The translations under genes and the position numbers were made by a program. The notes beneath the pieces are model-generated. The model saw nothing but the letters and a program-made list of their open reading frames with translations, did not search any database and had not been told where the DNA came from. Positions 27,897 through 32,000 of a DNA stretch of 32,000 nucleotides are shown piece by piece; positions within the stretch are counted from its first letter, which is position 1, and each line of letters begins with the position of its first letter. The DNA is taken from assembly GCF_000008305.1 (NCBI RefSeq), contig NC_006055.1, forward strand, positions 210,001-242,000, in the 5' to 3' direction. Source of the DNA: Mesoplasma florum L1 (GTDB taxonomy: Bacteria; Bacillota_I; Bacilli_A; Mycoplasmatales; Mycoplasmataceae).

Positions 27897-30026
27897 ATGA
27901 AAAGTTTTTCTTCTATTGAATGAAAAAGTAGTGCTAAAAACTCTTGAGAAATGTTCAAAAAGGGTTGTGGAAACATTATGCCTACACTTTCAAAACTAAG
28001 TAAAGCTTTCCTTTTACCTATTGCTTTACTTCCAATCGCGGGAGTATTCTTAGGTGTAGGGTCAGCTATAGCTTCAAATTCAGTTGATGGTACTTTTGGT
28101 TATTTCTTAGGATCATTGCTTAATAAAATGGGTGATGTATGTTTTGGGAACTTACCAGTACTGTTCTGTATTTCAGTTGCCCTTGCATATACTAAAGACT
28201 CAGGAATTGCAGCTATTACAGCTGTTGTAGGTTTCTTAGTTATGAATGGTATGCAAGCAGCGTTATTACATACTCAACAATTAAACATTGATACAACAAA
28301 CTTATGAGTACAAACAAGTATCGATGAAAATGGTAAAGCTGTTTGAGAACATTTTACTAGTGTAGTTGTAGATGCAAACGGAAAAGGTAAAATTAATTGA
28401 GCAGACTCTTCAATTAATTTACAAAATATAATGGCTTGAGGAATTGGTTCTAGTGAAGATAATCTTCGTATGGTTAATTCAAATTTTGAATTAATTGATG
28501 GAGCTGGATCAGTTTACTATTCATTATTATGAATTAATAAAATTCCTAATGGTTTAATTACTTCAAATATTGGTGTAAATTCATTAAATACAGGAGTATT
28601 TGCAGGTATTTTCGTTGGAGCTATCGCAGCTAAATGTTACAATAAATTTCATCAAACTCAATTACCATCAGCAATTAGTTTCTTTAGCGGAACAAAATTA
28701 GTTCCGATTGTAACTTTTGTTGCTGTTATACCATTATCATTTATTTTTATGTTTATTTGACCATATGTTGGTATGGGATTAGCAGCATTTGGTCAAGCAT
28801 CAGGAAAATTACCTGGTGGTTTAGATTCATTTATCTATGAAGTAGCAGAACGTTCATTAGTTCCATTTGGACTACACCACGTATTCTATGCTCCATTATG
28901 ATGGACAAATGCTGGAGGTTCAATTGCTGAAGCATTCAACAAAGCAACTCCAGAACAACAAGCAGAATTTGTTAAAATTTGATCAGCAAATCATTCAGTT
29001 TTAGCTGAAACACTTTTAAACGGTGTTTCAGAAGGATTAAAATTCCAAACAATTAGAAATATGATTTCAAGTGATTATCCTGATTTATGAAAATCAATGG
29101 GTGATCAAACTATGGCATATTCAGTTATCGCAAAAATTAATGTATTAAACTTTACAGACTTAGAAGCTTTAGGGTTAAACATAGGTAGATTCCAATCAGG
29201 TAAATTCGGATTTATGTTATTAGGATTACCAATGGCTGGATTAGCTATGTGATTAAACGTACCTAAAGAAAACAGAAAAGAAGTTATGGGAATTTACTTC
29301 TCAGCAGCCTTTACTTGTTTCTTAACAGGTATTACAGAACCAATCGAATATACATTCTTATTCTTAGCACCATGATTATTCTATGGTGTACATATGCCTT
29401 TAGCAGCTATTTCATTCTTATTTGCTGGGTTATTCAAAACTCACGTATCAATGACTGTTTCTGGAGGATTTATTGATTACATCGTATTCGGAGTTATCCC
29501 TTACTTTGGATCAAAAGCAATGTCAGCTAAATCAGCATTTGCAATCTTAGGAGTTTCAGCCGCAATGGCGCCAGCTTACTTCTTCGGATTCTACTTTGCA
29601 GTAAAATACGGAAATGTTATGGTACCAGGTCGTGATGGAAGTACAAACGTGCAATTAGCAACAAAAGCTGAATATAAAGCATCAAAAGGATTAAATGTTG
29701 ATGGAAGCAAAATTGAAGAGGGAAAATCTACAAAAGCATCTGCAAAAGATGCTGTTGAAGAAGCAAGAATTCAAAAAGCTACAAAAATCATCGAATTCTT
29801 AGGTGGAGAAGCTAATATCGTTGACGTTGATGCATGTGCTAGCCGTTTACGTTTAACTGTTAAAGATGGATCTTTAGTTGATAAAGATGGAATTATTTCT
29901 TTAGGTGGAGCTACTGGAGCTCTAATTAGAGGAACAAATGTACAAGTTGTTTATGGTGGAGAACAAGAAGCTATTAAACCTCGTATGATTAAAATCTTAG
30001 ATGAACAAAGAAAATCTAAAAAATAG
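27897..30026 (+). CDS. ptsG: PTS glucose-family EIICB permease, unusually long (709 aa), with no EIIA domain
   Basis: ATG at 27897 is in frame with ORFs 27951-28307 and 29394-30026. I translated 28305-29394 by hand and found only TGA codons. EIIC motifs: [23 protein letters not shown] and [15 protein letters not shown]. The C-terminal EIIB carries [13 protein letters not shown] (phospho-Cys). Confidence 0.9.
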
Positions 30027-30040
30027 TAATATTTAAAAAT

Positions 30041-30072
30041 AAAATGCTTATCGTAAGATAAGCATTTTTTAT
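30041..30072. terminator. Bidirectional intrinsic terminator between ptsG and add
   Basis: AAAATGCTTATC, loop GTAA, GATAAGCATTTT: a perfect 12-bp stem with an A-run upstream and a T-run downstream. It overlaps the add stop codon. Confidence 0.8.
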
Positions 30073-31073
30073 TTGAAGTAGTTTTCTATTTTTTCTTTTA
30101 AATATTCTTTTTCTTCAGTATTAGTGAATGTTGAATTTAATGTTTTTAATAATAGATTTTTTCATTTTTCTTCAGATATTTTATTATTTTGATTAACTAA
30201 AAGATAGTTATCATTCAAAGTTGTAGGTCCAAAATATGCAGGGTCATCAGAATTTATTGAAAAAGAAATATCATTGTCTAAGAAAACTTGAATAGGAAAT
30301 GTTTTTGGGTCAAGTCAAGCTTTTGAGTAAAAATTAGGCAAAGGACATAATGATAAATGTATTTCTTTTTCTTTAACTAATTTTAATGCTTCTAAACTTT
30401 TATGAATATATAATCCATGATCAATTCTATCAGGGTTTAAAATATTTATAACCTCAATTGGGTCTTGTTCAAAACTATTTTCAGCAGCATGTGTTGTTAC
30501 ATTTAAGCCTAGATTCCTTGCTTTATCAACAACTGGTTTAAAAATGGCTGCTCAGTTTTCAATTTCATTAGAATCAAAACCTATTCCAACAATTTTTTTA
30601 TTTTCAATAGCAAGTTTTGACATATCTAAAATATTTAAAGCTTCATCAACGCTTTCATCTTTCAAAAAACACATAATTAACTTTGCTTTTAAATCAAGTT
30701 CTTTTTCTGCTTTTTCTAAAGCTTGATACAAACCATCTATAACATCATCTAAATGAATGCCTCGTTTAATGTGAGGTTGTGGATCAAAGAAAATCTCAGT
30801 ATAGATAACATTTTGTTTTTTTGCATTTTTCAAATGATTTCAAGCTAAATCAAAAAAGTCTTGTTGATTCTCTAAGACAGCCATATTTTTATAGTAGTCT
30901 TTTAAAAAATCAGACAAACTAGTAAAAACGGGTGGCTTTGATAATTTTTCTAAGTACATAGGATCAAAATTTAATTGCTTTTGTTCAATTTTAGCTAAAA
31001 CTGTTTTAGCTTCTAAAGTCCCTTCTATATGTACATGTAATTCAATTTTTGGCATATTTTCAATATTTTTCAT
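30069..31073 (-). CDS. add: Adenosine deaminase (334 aa)
   Basis: The minus strand reads MKNIENMPKIELHVHIEGTL (HxH metal motif), ...GLNVTTHAAE... and FSINSDDPAYFG. ORFs 30840-31073 and 30552-30833 and the tail to TAA (complement of 30069-30071) share one frame, joined by TGA. SD AAAGGAG is upstream. Confidence 0.9.
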
Positions 31074-31249
31074 ACAACTCCTTTATTTAAAAATATGAAC
31101 TTATAATATCAAAATACTAATAAACAAAAGGTATTTTTGAAACACAATATAATTACTTTTTTATGTTAAAATAAAAAAAATGTGTCGAATAAATATGAAT
31201 AATTTTTTATTTTATTCATTGTGATATTAGTCAAAATAGAGGTACTAAA

Positions 31250-32000
31250 ATGAATTGAAAAAACACTGAAAATAAGTTAAATGAATTTATAGATAATAAA
31301 TTATTTAATGGGGTTGTATTAAAAATAACTAATGAAAACAAAACAATTTATTTTAATAGTTTTGGGTATTCAAATCTTGAGGAAGAAGTTAAAATGAACA
31401 ATGACAACATATTTGCATTGTATTCAATGACAAAACCAATTACAGTTATTGCATGTTTACTATTGATACAAAGAGGATTATTATCTTTTGAAGATAAAAT
31501 TTGTTATTTTTACTCAGATTTTAATGAAGAAATTAAAATAAAGCATTTATTGAATATGACATCTGGATTGACTTATTTTTGAAATAACTCAGAAAGTGGA
31601 AAAGAAATTAAAGATGCTTTTGACTTGGTTGAAAATGAAAATATATCTTTACAAAATTTTTGTGAAAAAATTAGTAAAGCTAAGGTAATTTCTAAACCAG
31701 GAGCTGAGTGACATTATGGTGTTTCACTCGATATCATCGGTGGAATAATTGAAAAGATTTCAAATCAAGGATTTAATGATTTTGTTAATGAAAATATACT
31801 TGCACCTTTAGAGATGCAAGATACTGCTTTTTATATAAAAGATTTAAATAGAAAAACACAAGTATATGAATTTAAAAAAACAATAGATGGAAACAAATTA
31901 GTTTCTAATAAAGATTTTCATTTCCTTATGCCGTTTACAAATAAACAACCAGCAGCTTCATTGGGTGGCAGCGGATTATTTTCTACAGCTGATGATTACT
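31250..32000 (+). CDS. Serine hydrolase of the beta-lactamase/transpeptidase-like fold; 5' part only, continues past the window
   Basis: ATG at 31250 with SD AGAGG. The SxxK nucleophile motif sits in IFALYSMTKPIT, and the later GAEWHYGVS and LGGSGLFSTADDY are typical of class C beta-lactamase/esterase EstB-like proteins. Fragments are joined by TGA codons. Confidence 0.75.

Noticed and set aside
26808-27900. I looked for tmRNA (ssrA) downstream of smpB.
   Set aside because: There is no tRNA-like acceptor/T-arm sequence (no GGTTCGA-type motif) on either strand. The region is fully explained by three SD-preceded membrane-protein ORFs.
10885-30726. Other short antisense ORFs in the track: 10885-11091, 11557-11769, 17379-17648, 19223-19414, 19473-19670, 20134-20445, 27416-27637 and 30544-30726.
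   Set aside because: Each is nested antisense within a confidently assigned gene or within rnpB, lacks an SD and has a low-complexity translation.
31074-31249. I looked for a purine riboswitch upstream of add, and noted an 8-bp AT-only inverted repeat (ATGAATAA...TTATTCAT) in the spacer.
   Set aside because: The minus-strand leader has none of the conserved purine-aptamer junction sequence and no three-way junction. The inverted repeat consists only of A/T and such matches are expected by chance in this composition.
1-32000. I scanned for CRISPR repeats, IS or transposase ends, integrases, phage genes, restriction-modification or toxin-antitoxin pairs, and tRNA or rRNA genes.
   Set aside because: I saw no regularly spaced direct repeats and no terminal inverted repeats flanking ORFs. 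No ORF has recombinase, nuclease-methylase or toxin-like motifs. The only repeated sequences are the paralogous gene pairs and short promoter or SD motifs such as TGATATAAT and GAGGTGCAAAATG.

Overview
This is a very AT-rich, gene-dense chromosomal segment that must be read with genetic code 4 (TGA = Trp). It looks like a Mollicute of the Entomoplasma/Mesoplasma/Mycoplasma mycoides type. The supplied standard-code ORF track breaks almost every long gene at in-frame TGA codons. I rejoined same-frame fragments and checked by hand that no TAA or TAG interrupts them. That gives 37 CDS, one RNase P RNA, an L20-leader-like attenuator upstream of infC-rpmI-rplT, about nine intrinsic terminators and several extended -10 promoters (TGnTATAAT). 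The content is mostly housekeeping: two PTS permeases (fruA, ptsG) plus a standalone crr, translation factors and ribosomal proteins, trpS, nucleotide kinases (gmk, cmk), rRNA methyltransferases (rsmD, rsmB), der, gpsA, hup, dnaD-like, recU, a gpsB/DivIVA-like gene, a cinA C-terminal-domain gene, recA, rny, rnr, smpB and add. Gene order is a compacted version of Bacillus-type syntenic blocks. I found no CRISPR array, IS/transposase/integrase, tRNA/rRNA gene or recognisable defence island. I cannot support a clear novel system from sequence alone. The best candidates for undescribed biology are these: (1) a terminator-bounded four-gene ABC-2 cassette at 2.4-5.9 kb, with a single ATPase that has a degenerate signature motif, no H-loop His and a ~200-aa coiled-coil tail, two paralogous permeases and a 61-aa four-Cys protein; (2) a trio of small membrane proteins between smpB and ptsG, including two paralogous ~77-aa two-TM hairpins; (3) a ~105-aa C-terminal extension on Gmk, located where rpoZ sits in Firmicutes; (4) a 110-aa Cys/His protein without an SD just after rplT; (5) a GpsB/DivIVA-like protein kept next to rnpB in a presumably wall-less lineage.
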